The position numbers and the translations under genes are program-made. The notes below the pieces were generated by a model, which saw only the letters and a program-made list of their open reading frames with translations, ran no database searches and was not told the origin of the DNA. Positions 7,379 through 16,202 of a DNA stretch of 43,165 nucleotides are shown here, piece by piece. The stretch is from a virus (lineage: Duplodnaviria > Caudoviricetes), in the IMG/VR virus record IMGVR_UViG_3300008255_000207, positions 1-43,165 of that record. One strand, 5' to 3'. Positions within the stretch are counted from its first letter, which is position 1, and every line of letters begins with the position of its first letter.

Positions 7379-7492
7379 ATGGCCAATCAAAACAAACCGA
7401 TTCAACTTTCAGAGCAAGAAATCAGCGAGCGCGAGCGCCGGATTGCTGAGATCTTAGTTCAAGTGAAACGGCGGCTAGAATCGAAAAAATGA
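7379..7492 (+). CDS. 37-aa protein coupled to the integrase (directionality factor candidate)
   Basis: Not in the ORF track. MANQNKPIQLSEQEISERERRIAEILVQVKRRLESKK. ATGA overlap with the integrase start. Confidence 0.5.
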   Translation: MANQNKPIQLSEQEISERERRIAEILVQVKRRLESKK

Positions 7493-9438
7493 CTCCTCTA
7501 TTGCCACCTGGCACAAGAATAGGGCTTTTTATCCGCGTTTCGACGGATGATCAAGTCAGGAACGAGTCTCCCGAGGTTCATCTACAGCGCGGTCAAGAGT
7601 ACACCGATGGACACGGCTGGATCGTTGTTGCCGTCTATCAGCTGGACGGTGTGAGCGGTGCCTCAATGATGAATGAACCCGACACCAAACGGATGTGGCG
7701 TGACGTTGAATCAGGTGTTATTGATGCCTTGCTTTTTTCTGCTGTGGCTCGCATGGGGCGCAATATGTTTGATCTCTTTAAAATAGAGAGACATTTGCGA
7801 GCTCATGATAAATGGTTGGTAGATACGCGGCGTGGAGTGATTGATACTGATACCCAAGAGGGATTGGATTATTTTTTTCACTCTGCGCACAGAGCGCATT
7901 CTGAGAGGCTTGAACTCTCAGCAAGAGTTAAAGCTGGCCTAATTACACGGGCAAAGATGGGGCAATTCGTGGCTTCATTGCCACCTTACGGTTATAAAAA
8001 GGTCCCAGCAGCTCAGACTGGCAAAGCCAAAAAGCTGGAAATTGATCCCATTGAAGGCCCAATCAGAGTACTCATGTACGATCTCTACTTGCAGCATCGC
8101 AAATTCATGATCGTTGCTGCAGAATTAAACCGGCGCGGGTACCGAAACAGAAACGGGAAACCGTTCAGCCTTCATAATGTCAGAGCTATATTACTGGATT
8201 CGTCTGCAATGGGTGTGTATTACTCAAACCGCACAGCGCACAACAATCCAACTGGCAAAACAGAGGCAGACAGGATCCCTATCCCCGTCCCTCAACTTAT
8301 AGACGGTGAAAAATGGGAGCGCGTTAAGTCTTTGATTGAGAGCAACCTTCCAAAGGTTCGCAGAGCTATCTACCCTTACAGCGGACTTCTGAACTGCATC
8401 TGTGGCCCCAAAATGTACACAAACAGCTCAATGAATAACTCAAAGTCTCAGTACCGATATCCACCACGCTACTCCTGTCGCCAATGTGGGAATAGAATCC
8501 GTATGAATCTGCTTGATGAAGCCATTGGAGTTCTATTCACTGGCTTTCTGCTTGATGGGGTTCCTGATGGCGTTGAAGTCGAACTCAGTAAAACTGAACA
8601 ACAACTCCTGGCTCTAAAATCTGAGCTAAAAAATGTTATTGCTGGCAAAAATCGCTGGGCTGATGCTTACCAGGCCGGTGCTCTGGAGCTTGACGACTTC
8701 AAAAAGTATCACTCCCCTTTAATTGAGCGTGAGCGTGAATTAACGACCGAAATCAGTTGCCTTGAGCAGGGTCTCAGAACTGATAAAGACCAGTTGCAGG
8801 CCCAAGAACAGGCTGTCCAGGTCTTTCAGTCGGCTTCATGGTCAGACCTGACCACAGAGGAAAAACACGCATTGCTGCGTGAGTTTGTGCAATCTATCAT
8901 TTTGGGCCCAGAGAATATAACCATCAAACTCCTCTATACCCCAGCAGCCTTACAGGTCTCTGAGCCTGGATTGGCCAAACTACACAAAATTATTGCCCCC
9001 CGGCCAGATCACCTTGTCATGCCTAATGATCAGTATGCCTGGTCATGGCTTTTGCACAGAGAGCGCAAAGCAAGAGGTGAAGCCACCCGCAAAGTTTCGA
9101 CTATTCTCGGTATTCATGAGACCACGATCAATCACTGGGAAAAAATGTCTCGCCCCCCAGGCCCCACACATATTGCTAAAATAATGGAGTATCTCGGGTA
9201 TATACCTTGGGTCAGAACGCCTTATGCTCAGGACACATTGGGGGCCGCATTTAGGACTATCCGTGAGGCACTTGGCGTCACACAGCTCGAACTCAGCAAT
9301 AAGCTCAGAATATCTCAGGCAGCGATCAGCAAAGTTGAGCGGGGTGAAGTGGTCAGCGTCAAGTTATTAAACAGGATTGAAATGGCTTTAAAAGTGCCTG
9401 TAAGGCAGATATACAGAGCTTATCAGCCTGAAAATTAA
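7489..9438 (+). CDS. Large serine recombinase (integrase) with two C-terminal XRE-HTH domains
   Basis: IRVSTDDQ catalytic Ser motif, PPYGY, IVAAELNRRGYRNRNGKPFS recombinase domain, CICG...CRQC Zn ribbon, coiled coil, then two HTH_3-like segments. Confidence 0.92.
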   Translation: MTPLLPPGTRIGLFIRVSTDDQVRNESPEVHLQRGQEYTDGHGWIVVAVYQLDGVSGASMMNEPDTKRMWRDVESGVIDALLFSAVARMGRNMFDLFKIERHLRAHDKWLVDTRRGVIDTDTQEGLDYFFHSAHRAHSERLELSARVKAGLITRAKMGQFVASLPPYGYKKVPAAQTGKAKKLEIDPIEGPIRVLMYDLYLQHRKFMIVAAELNRRGYRNRNGKPFSLHNVRAILLDSSAMGVYYSNRTAHNNPTGKTEADRIPIPVPQLIDGEKWERVKSLIESNLPKVRRAIYPYSGLLNCICGPKMYTNSSMNNSKSQYRYPPRYSCRQCGNRIRMNLLDEAIGVLFTGFLLDGVPDGVEVELSKTEQQLLALKSELKNVIAGKNRWADAYQAGALELDDFKKYHSPLIERERELTTEISCLEQGLRTDKDQLQAQEQAVQVFQSASWSDLTTEEKHALLREFVQSIILGPENITIKLLYTPAALQVSEPGLAKLHKIIAPRPDHLVMPNDQYAWSWLLHRERKARGEATRKVSTILGIHETTINHWEKMSRPPGPTHIAKIMEYLGYIPWVRTPYAQDTLGAAFRTIREALGVTQLELSNKLRISQAAISKVERGEVVSVKLLNRIEMALKVPVRQIYRAYQPEN

Positions 9439-9497
9439 TATCAGTCGTAAAGGGTTAACTATGGCACCTTGGGAATAACCCTTTACGACTGATATTA
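9436..9497. repeat. Perfect 22-bp inverted repeat with 18-bp spacer; candidate attP or bidirectional terminator
   Basis: TAATATCAGTCGTAAAGGGTTA (9436-9457) and TAACCCTTTACGACTGATATTA (9476-9497), between convergent integrase and lysis genes. Confidence 0.75.
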
Positions 9498-9579
9498 CAA
9501 ACAGTAAGTGGGGCTCCTATAATTGATGATTTTAACATGTTTCTCCCTGGAACTCGTAGGCAAATCCCTTTGGTTAACT

Positions 9580-9888
9580 TTAATCAAGTTTTTCTAACTT
9601 GTTTAATATCCGCTCGATCGAACGTTCCTGAGATTCAGCAATTACTTTTCTTTCGCGATTATCTGCTTTAAGTTCGGTTAGTTCAGATCTCAATGCGGCT
9701 ACTTCTTTTGATAGGTTTTCGGTAGCTTCTTTATTATCATCCAGCTTGTCTTTGATGGCCGTTTGAACAAACTGGTTTCCGAGCCAGACAACAGCACCGC
9801 CCAAAAGGCCATGGATCCAACTCCAGACAGCTGAAACATCACCACCTGAAACCGCTACTTGTTGGGCTATTTGCTGTTTGTCTGACAT
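9580..9888 (-). CDS. TM plus coiled-coil lysis-cassette protein (holin-like)
   Basis: One TM segment then heptads. Directly downstream of the endolysin. Confidence 0.55.
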   Translation of the reverse strand: MSDKQQIAQQVAVSGGDVSAVWSWIHGLLGGAVVWLGNQFVQTAIKDKLDDNKEATENLSKEVAALRSELTELKADNRERKVIAESQERSIERILNKLEKLD

Positions 9889-9892
9889 GGTT

Positions 9893-10378
9893 TTACTCCG
9901 GTAGATAGGCCGCAACACGCAACCGTATTTCTGAAATTTTTGAAATTAGATTGCGGCCTGGGCAAGCCGTTCCATAGTGATAACCAGGCGCAGCCAAATA
10001 TTTACCCACATATTGATGATAGGTAATTTTGGCTATGTCTTTTTTACGCCAACCAAAACGTTTTGCTTTGACAGCCAGTGCTTGAACCAAACCATAAATC
10101 TGATCAGGCGTTGGCGTTTGGTTTTCAAAATTGCCAGGTACAACCACATTCCAACTTTGGGTATTGGCGCCATAGGTACCATTTGAGATCTCTGTATCTG
10201 GAGCATCCTGAACCAATTGCACTTGGCGATCATCGGGAGTCCCAATATCTTGCACGATCAGATTGTAGCCTTCATTGCGACGGGCCCGTTCTTTGATCAG
10301 AGCATCAGCCTTGGAATTGTCTGCTGAATGATGGATCACCAGATATTGAATCTGGCTGAGATTGCGCAGTTTACCCAT
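9893..10378 (-). CDS. Endolysin, N-acetylmuramoyl-L-alanine amidase (Amidase_2 type)
   Basis: YLVIHHSA, GYN, ITYH and TACPG Zn-amidase motifs. Confidence 0.85.
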   Translation of the reverse strand: MGKLRNLSQIQYLVIHHSADNSKADALIKERARRNEGYNLIVQDIGTPDDRQVQLVQDAPDTEISNGTYGANTQSWNVVVPGNFENQTPTPDQIYGLVQALAVKAKRFGWRKKDIAKITYHQYVGKYLAAPGYHYGTACPGRNLISKISEIRLRVAAYLPE

Positions 10379-10682
10379 GGGGCAAATCCTCCGGCATGAG
10401 TATCTGTTCTGGTTCGGTGTGCTTCATACCCTTATAAAGCAACTTGATAAAACCAGGCAGAAAATCTTCTTTGAAGGCTTTATCTATGCTGTCTGAAAAT
10501 TTCAGATTTTCATCAGCAGCGTCATACCATTCCAGTACTGCCTTTTCTGCTGCAGCTGCTTTTTCATCTGGGCTGGCTTCGCTCATGTTTACAGACACAG
10601 CCTGAACAGTTTCGCTGATGGCCCCCATGATTTCAGGGAGAATAGCCAAAGCCAGAAAAATAAATTGAGGATTCAAAAACAT
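10371..10682 (-). CDS. Hypothetical protein with hydrophobic N-terminus (holin candidate)
   Basis: FIFLALAILPEIMGAI. Overlaps the endolysin start. Confidence 0.55.
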   Translation of the reverse strand: MFLNPQFIFLALAILPEIMGAISETVQAVSVNMSEASPDEKAAAAEKAVLEWYDAADENLKFSDSIDKAFKEDFLPGFIKLLYKGMKHTEPEQILMPEDLPHG

Positions 10683-10683
10683 A

Positions 10684-11541
10684 TCAGCCTTCTTTTACCC
10701 AGGCCCATTGCCCGGAATTTGTTATTTGCCACTTGTATTTGGTCCAATTCTGGTCTACTGCAAACCAGCCATTGGATTTAAGTTGAGGAAACCCAGGGAT
10801 GGGGTAAGTGATTGAATAGTCCTGCCACCAGACCAGGTTTTCAGCAACTGTGAAACCATCAATAACGCGCTGGTTCAGATTGCCCTGGAGCCAATAAGCT
10901 GTTTTAAAAAGCAGGTAGAGAGAGCGGGGAGGGTTAAACGGCTTACCATCAGAAAATGAGCCACGGCACTCAACAGCTCCGAGCATGGATTTGTAAAATT
11001 CAGCCCAGGCTTCACCCTCATTCCCAAATTGCCCAGCCAAAGACAATGCCTGAAGCTGTTCACGAAAAACGCGGGTAATCTCTTTGCGGATATATGCCCC
11101 GGTATCAAAAGCACCACACATCATCGCGTGAAAATGCCCTGCTTCGTGGGAAAGGGTCTTTCTGGCATTGAGTAAATTTGTAACCGTCAATTTATTCGGG
11201 CTGACGGCTTCGGGTTTATATCCTTCAGGGAATACACCCAAATCCAAACGGTCTTTTGAAAAGAAAAGGCCGGCAGCAATCTGGCAACCTGATGTTTTTA
11301 AATCATAATCTTCAAGATTGACTTCGCCAGATGCTCGCATTTCATCGAGCTTGGGGCTGTCCATATGCCAAACTTGGAGATCCAGACCACTCCAATATTC
11401 TGGGAAAGGCAGTTGATCGTAAAGCTCTTTAATGTGAGCATCCCAAAAAGCGGCAGTGCCCAGCTCATCGGGGGACTCTCCAATATAAAAGCGGTGAAGC
11501 ACCACGCCATGGGAGATGTAATGGGCTGCGTATTTGCTCAT
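10684..11541 (-). CDS. Putative zinc metallopeptidase
   Basis: TLSHEAGH (HEXXH) with downstream EAWAE third-ligand motif. Confidence 0.65.
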   Translation of the reverse strand: MSKYAAHYISHGVVLHRFYIGESPDELGTAAFWDAHIKELYDQLPFPEYWSGLDLQVWHMDSPKLDEMRASGEVNLEDYDLKTSGCQIAAGLFFSKDRLDLGVFPEGYKPEAVSPNKLTVTNLLNARKTLSHEAGHFHAMMCGAFDTGAYIRKEITRVFREQLQALSLAGQFGNEGEAWAEFYKSMLGAVECRGSFSDGKPFNPPRSLYLLFKTAYWLQGNLNQRVIDGFTVAENLVWWQDYSITYPIPGFPQLKSNGWFAVDQNWTKYKWQITNSGQWAWVKEG

Positions 11542-13364
11542 GCTTCCACCGCCATCAGTCTGGACGCTGCGAAATCAACGGTTCCAGAAGCGTTTTTGGC
11601 CTTGCCGATATACTGAACCGCGTCACCCTCTGCCAGGTCAGTGGGCCTGAGCCAATCAACGGTAAAAGAAGCGTCATTCGTCCCAGGGGTGGCCAAAACC
11701 TTTTCTGCCACCAGCGTTTCAGCGCCGCCGTTCACGGACTCATAAATGGCCAGGCCCAATTCTGCAGAGGTAGAGCATTTGTATTGCCCGTCCCATGTCA
11801 CGCTGGTACCGCCAGCACGAACGTGATCCAGAGCAACCTGCGAGGGCTCCCCTTGCCCCCCGTCGGTCAGCTGCGGAAATTCAACGGCAAAGAACTGGGC
11901 TGAATTCAGGGTGTAAGTGCTGCTGGTTCCGTCAGTGGTTCGGGCCTTGGCGGTCACGGTATAGGTGCCTGGCGCCAAGCGGCTGGTCGGGATTGCCATC
12001 ACGAACGGGGTTTTGTATCCGTTGGTGCTGTTTTCCCACTCGCTGTTCAGCTCGATCAGTTGCGTGCTGCCAATGTGCAGGGACAGCCGGATATTGCCGG
12101 TGCCAACGGTACGCTGAACATATCCGGTCAGGAACACCACATATTTGGTGGCTTCAGTGACTGTTAGGGTCAGGGAAAAATTATTGCTGCCGTCATTCAA
12201 GGTGGCCTGGCTGGCGCTGGAAATCGTGGCAGCCCCAGCTGGGTTGAAGACCTGGTAATCGCCCTGAATTTCGACTGCGACCAAGCGACGCAGGAACAGA
12301 TTAAGGAAATTGGTGCCCGTGCCTGAGTAGGCCTGAACTGTGAATGTTTTGGAGCCGTTCAGGGAGCCAGTGAGGCGGGCAAAATTCAGCGCATAAGCCG
12401 CGCCGATGCCTGTGCCGTTTTGCCAAATGTAATCCCCGTAACCTGTGGACCCGTCGTAAAAGCGGAAATAGTTCTGGACAGCGCCGCCCCCAGCGTTTTG
12501 ATTCACGCCGCCACAGAACAGCAGCAAAACAGGGTTATTGGTGGGTGAAATCGTCACGCTGAGCGCGTTTACGTCTGTGTAAGAAGTTGCTGAAATCGAA
12601 CCAGATCCCGATTTGGTATCCATGCCAAAGGCTGCTGTGCTGGCAATTTCAGCCGCCCAGAGCACCCCACTGGCATAATCCAGAGCATAGGAACCGCCCG
12701 ATCGGCCCTGCATTTTAATGGTTTGGCTGCCGGTGGATGCTGCCCGTTTGTAAAACTGGCTGAAAATTCCGACCTGGCTGTAGCCGGTGAATTCGGTATC
12801 TGCTGACCCGTCATGGAAAGCGGTGAAAGCCGTGTCCTGACCACCGCCGTTTGAATCAATGTTTGCAGTGAATCCACACAGCAGGTTATTGCCGCTGGTG
12901 GCTATGGGAGAGGTGATAGAAGCCCCTACAACGTCAGTTAAAGACGTTTCGCCCGTGGTGATCGTGTCCGTGATCCCAGTGGCACTTTGCAGCCAGCGCG
13001 GATCCCCGGCCCCGTCCAGCTGGGTATAAGATGCGTTGCTGAAATCGTCCATTTTCCCTACTCTGGCAATGGCCCGCTGGGTGCGTGGGCGTTCCAGAAT
13101 CCAGCGCCCATCACCACTGCCTGAATCTGGCACCATTACAAAGGGGGTGTTTGCCGTGGCTGTTGAGTCCGGATCATAGCGGTACGGGCCGAACCCTGCC
13201 ACGTTTACGACAAAATGGGCATCGTTTGAGTAGGTGGGCAGGAGGGTCACGTCAATGGCCGTCAATTCAGCCAAAGAAGGCCTTTTCCAGAGTGAAATCG
13301 CATTCAGCTGCTCAGGCGTACCTGGCGTGTTCGGTGCCCATGGGATTTCATGATTAAAAGTCAT
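11538..13364 (-). CDS. Tail fibre / receptor-binding protein with tandem beta-rich modules
   Basis: Gly/Ser/Thr-rich, repeated modules, last gene of the tail block. Likely ATG at 13364. Confidence 0.7.
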   Translation of the reverse strand: MTFNHEIPWAPNTPGTPEQLNAISLWKRPSLAELTAIDVTLLPTYSNDAHFVVNVAGFGPYRYDPDSTATANTPFVMVPDSGSGDGRWILERPRTQRAIARVGKMDDFSNASYTQLDGAGDPRWLQSATGITDTITTGETSLTDVVGASITSPIATSGNNLLCGFTANIDSNGGGQDTAFTAFHDGSADTEFTGYSQVGIFSQFYKRAASTGSQTIKMQGRSGGSYALDYASGVLWAAEIASTAAFGMDTKSGSGSISATSYTDVNALSVTISPTNNPVLLLFCGGVNQNAGGGAVQNYFRFYDGSTGYGDYIWQNGTGIGAAYALNFARLTGSLNGSKTFTVQAYSGTGTNFLNLFLRRLVAVEIQGDYQVFNPAGAATISSASQATLNDGSNNFSLTLTVTEATKYVVFLTGYVQRTVGTGNIRLSLHIGSTQLIELNSEWENSTNGYKTPFVMAIPTSRLAPGTYTVTAKARTTDGTSSTYTLNSAQFFAVEFPQLTDGGQGEPSQVALDHVRAGGTSVTWDGQYKCSTSAELGLAIYESVNGGAETLVAEKVLATPGTNDASFTVDWLRPTDLAEGDAVQYIGKAKNASGTVDFAASRLMAVEA

Positions 13365-14383
13365 CAGATGGGCATCCTTATATAGTGGTATTTGATAAAC
13401 CAGCATGTATCTTCATCATTAGACAGCCTGGCTGTTTTATTGGCCGAACGGCTGAACAGTGTGCCGCTGCCGGGGGTGCTTGTGGCCAAGCCATTCCCAA
13501 ATCCAGCAAACTCACCAAGTTGCAAATTGACTGATTGGCCAACGGTCGGCACATAAAGCAGGGGCTCAGTAGTTTCCATTGTCAAAGTTCCAGGCGTGCC
13601 TGGCGTAATTGAGGCAATGCGACTTGCACTTTGGGCTGGGCTGGTACCAATCAAAACAGCATCACCGACGTTAAAGCCAGTAGTGTCTTCTACATCAAAG
13701 GTGAGCGTATTCCAAGTGCCAGCGGCAACAGTGGTGGCAGTCGTTAAATTGCCTTCATCAAAGTTGATTTTCAAAACAATCTTGCTGCCAGCGGTGGTGT
13801 TTTTGCGTGTCAGTGGCGTATTTCTGAAAATTTCACGCCCCATGGTAGTATCACTGCTGGAAGAAGGTACCGCATTGGTGCCCACAGCCAAATAGCTCAG
13901 GATCCCGTCTTCATTGCTGGTGTGGGCATTACACAGCCGGGCCCCTTCGGTATCTTTGAGGTATGCCGTGGTAACAGAATTCCAAAAGTGTGGACCCGTT
14001 TTGACCAGCTCCCTGCCGAGCTCACCGCGAAAAATAGCGTCCCAGCAGTCATAAAGCGCAGTTTCAGGAGCCCGCTCCAAACGCGCTTGCCGATCGGCAG
14101 TGATCCGGGCCTCCAGGGTATCAGGCCAGGTACCCGTATAAAGCTGCTCTTTTGAAAGCTGCTCCATTTGCTTTGCCCAGATTTCCCAGGCTTCAGCTTC
14201 CAGGCGTTTGCGCTCAGCATCAAAGCCAACACGGGCAGATACGTTTTCACGCATAAGCAGAGCAAGCAGTTCTTCGTCAGAGATTTTTGTTTTTAAACAA
14301 TACGTCTGGTAAAGCCCTGCGTCCTCGGTTTGGTGGTAGAGGTTTTTTTCAAGAATCTTCATACCCTTATTTTGAAGGGGCAT
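13364..14383 (-). CDS. Tail/baseplate structural protein
   Basis: YLAVGT...DTTMGREIFR and LGEFAGFG...LFSR tail-collar-like motifs, synteny. Confidence 0.6.
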   Translation of the reverse strand: MPLQNKGMKILEKNLYHQTEDAGLYQTYCLKTKISDEELLALLMRENVSARVGFDAERKRLEAEAWEIWAKQMEQLSKEQLYTGTWPDTLEARITADRQARLERAPETALYDCWDAIFRGELGRELVKTGPHFWNSVTTAYLKDTEGARLCNAHTSNEDGILSYLAVGTNAVPSSSSDTTMGREIFRNTPLTRKNTTAGSKIVLKINFDEGNLTTATTVAAGTWNTLTFDVEDTTGFNVGDAVLIGTSPAQSASRIASITPGTPGTLTMETTEPLLYVPTVGQSVNLQLGEFAGFGNGLATSTPGSGTLFSRSANKTARLSNDEDTCWFIKYHYIRMPI

Positions 14384-14408
14384 AAAGAGGCCTTATTTTA
14401 GATTTGGT

Positions 14409-16202
14409 TTAGGGCAGTGCAGCAGCATGCCAATAGGTGCTGGGATCATCTGCGTCAATCGCGATAATCGGCGGGCCGTAGGGTGTGCCGGGATAGGGGT
14501 ACCACGGGCCGGGCCCGGCTGTGGATATGTCTGTAGCTGTGAGAGTGTCGCTATAATTCACCACTTCATCAATCGGGTATCCTTCGGTAGCATGCACACA
14601 ATCTTTGATCAAATACTGTTCACCGAAAATGCGTGAGCTCGTGAGTTTATCGTAATCCCGAATTTTACTTTTGCGCTCGCGCAGAAGCATTTGAAGCAGC
14701 GCGTTTTCTGTCAGCTGGGTGCGGTCGGTGAAAGAGAAGTCATAGGAGACCCAGGCAGCATCATCACCACCCCGTGGTGAGGCATAACCCGGTAGCACTT
14801 GCCAGGCAATTTCTGCAATGGGCACATTTGCCACCGCGTCATGCTCCGGGGCATTGTGCTGAAGCGTGGATCCTGCGCGTATATTGGGCACATAAAACTT
14901 GCGGTTGTCTGTTCTGAAAAACCCGTCCCAACCTTGCAGGCGAACATACAATTCAGCCAGGCGCTCGGCCTCGTCAAACGTAAGAGGCGTGTTGATCCTG
15001 ATAATCACCTTTACACGGCCAGCGTCTGCTCCAATTTCATTGTTTGCAATTGCTCTGCGTGCTACTTCGTTGAAATCTTCTGCGATTGTTTCAAATTCAT
15101 CGCCAATAACTTCATACGGCACACCGGCAGCCGTGGCCTCTTTGAACTTTCCGCCGATACGGATATCATCGATGGGATCAACGGTGCTGAGATTATCTTC
15201 AATCGTATAGCTGCTTTGGCTGCCTGTGGCCCTGATCGTCATTCCAGGAAAAAGCTGCTGGTACCAGCCTGCAAGATTACTGGTACCCAAAACCACATTG
15301 CTGTCATTGAAGAAGTCTGCCAGGCCGGTATTGTAGAGCAACGGGGCCCGTAGCAAAATGCTGTTGCGGTAGGTTTTTTCATTCGGGCTCAAGCTCCAAT
15401 CGCCGGGATGGCAAAAGCCTGGCAGATCCCGCCCGTTGCCGTATAGATTTGCGTCCGTGATCGTAATTGGTACCAAAAGCGCCTGGCTGGTTTTGAGGTC
15501 TAGGCAAATCTTGGTGGGGTCTTGGGTAATGTCCAGATAAAAACCACTGTTGGGGTTATTCTTGAGTACTTCATCAAAGATTTCATCCAGGTACTGGCCA
15601 GCGATGATCCTCTCCTCAATCTCATCACCTAATTCGACATTGATGCCCGACGCATCAAGCTCAGGCGCATAGCGGCTGCACAGATCAGACAGCATTCCGC
15701 CCTCCTTCGCATTTCGAATAATTTCAAAAATGGGCACACGGTGAAACAGTGCGATCTCATTCACGCAGCTGACTTGGTAGCGCTTTCGCGTCGTTAAATC
15801 GCTGTTTTGATGGTAATAAACCGGCTTTACAGCATCTACTTGACCTTTAAAGCGCCAATCGTTACCAATGCGCAAGCGCACCTTTTGCCCTTTGACCGCG
15901 CCATACTTGAACGTAATACAGCTGGGCTGTTCAATGTCTTGGGCCACATAGTCCATTGTGCTTTGCTCAAACCCCATGCGTTCACGCCCGCGCGGCAAGC
16001 CTTGGGGATCAATGTGCAAGCGTTGTTCATACCAGGTGTTTTGCCAATACAGTTCGAGCGAAAGCTGTAAGGGCAGCTGAGGCTCACTCGGATCCCGCCT
16101 GTAGGGATTCAGGGGGTCAAATGCCCCCACAGGGTTTTGCAGTTGCAGGAGAGCAGCAGCAATTTCAGCAGCGCAATCATCGCTCCAATCGAGAAAGCCC
16201 AT
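14409..16202 (-). CDS. Tail tip/hub protein
   Basis: 597 aa, immediately downstream of the tape measure. Confidence 0.6.
   Translation of the reverse strand: MGFLDWSDDCAAEIAAALLQLQNPVGAFDPLNPYRRDPSEPQLPLQLSLELYWQNTWYEQRLHIDPQGLPRGRERMGFEQSTMDYVAQDIEQPSCITFKYGAVKGQKVRLRIGNDWRFKGQVDAVKPVYYHQNSDLTTRKRYQVSCVNEIALFHRVPIFEIIRNAKEGGMLSDLCSRYAPELDASGINVELGDEIEERIIAGQYLDEIFDEVLKNNPNSGFYLDITQDPTKICLDLKTSQALLVPITITDANLYGNGRDLPGFCHPGDWSLSPNEKTYRNSILLRAPLLYNTGLADFFNDSNVVLGTSNLAGWYQQLFPGMTIRATGSQSSYTIEDNLSTVDPIDDIRIGGKFKEATAAGVPYEVIGDEFETIAEDFNEVARRAIANNEIGADAGRVKVIIRINTPLTFDEAERLAELYVRLQGWDGFFRTDNRKFYVPNIRAGSTLQHNAPEHDAVANVPIAEIAWQVLPGYASPRGGDDAAWVSYDFSFTDRTQLTENALLQMLLRERKSKIRDYDKLTSSRIFGEQYLIKDCVHATEGYPIDEVVNYSDTLTATDISTAGPGPWYPYPGTPYGPPIIAIDADDPSTYWHAAALP

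Noticed and set aside
11538-13364. Diversity-generating retroelement target
   Set aside because: No reverse transcriptase and no template/variable repeat pair seen.
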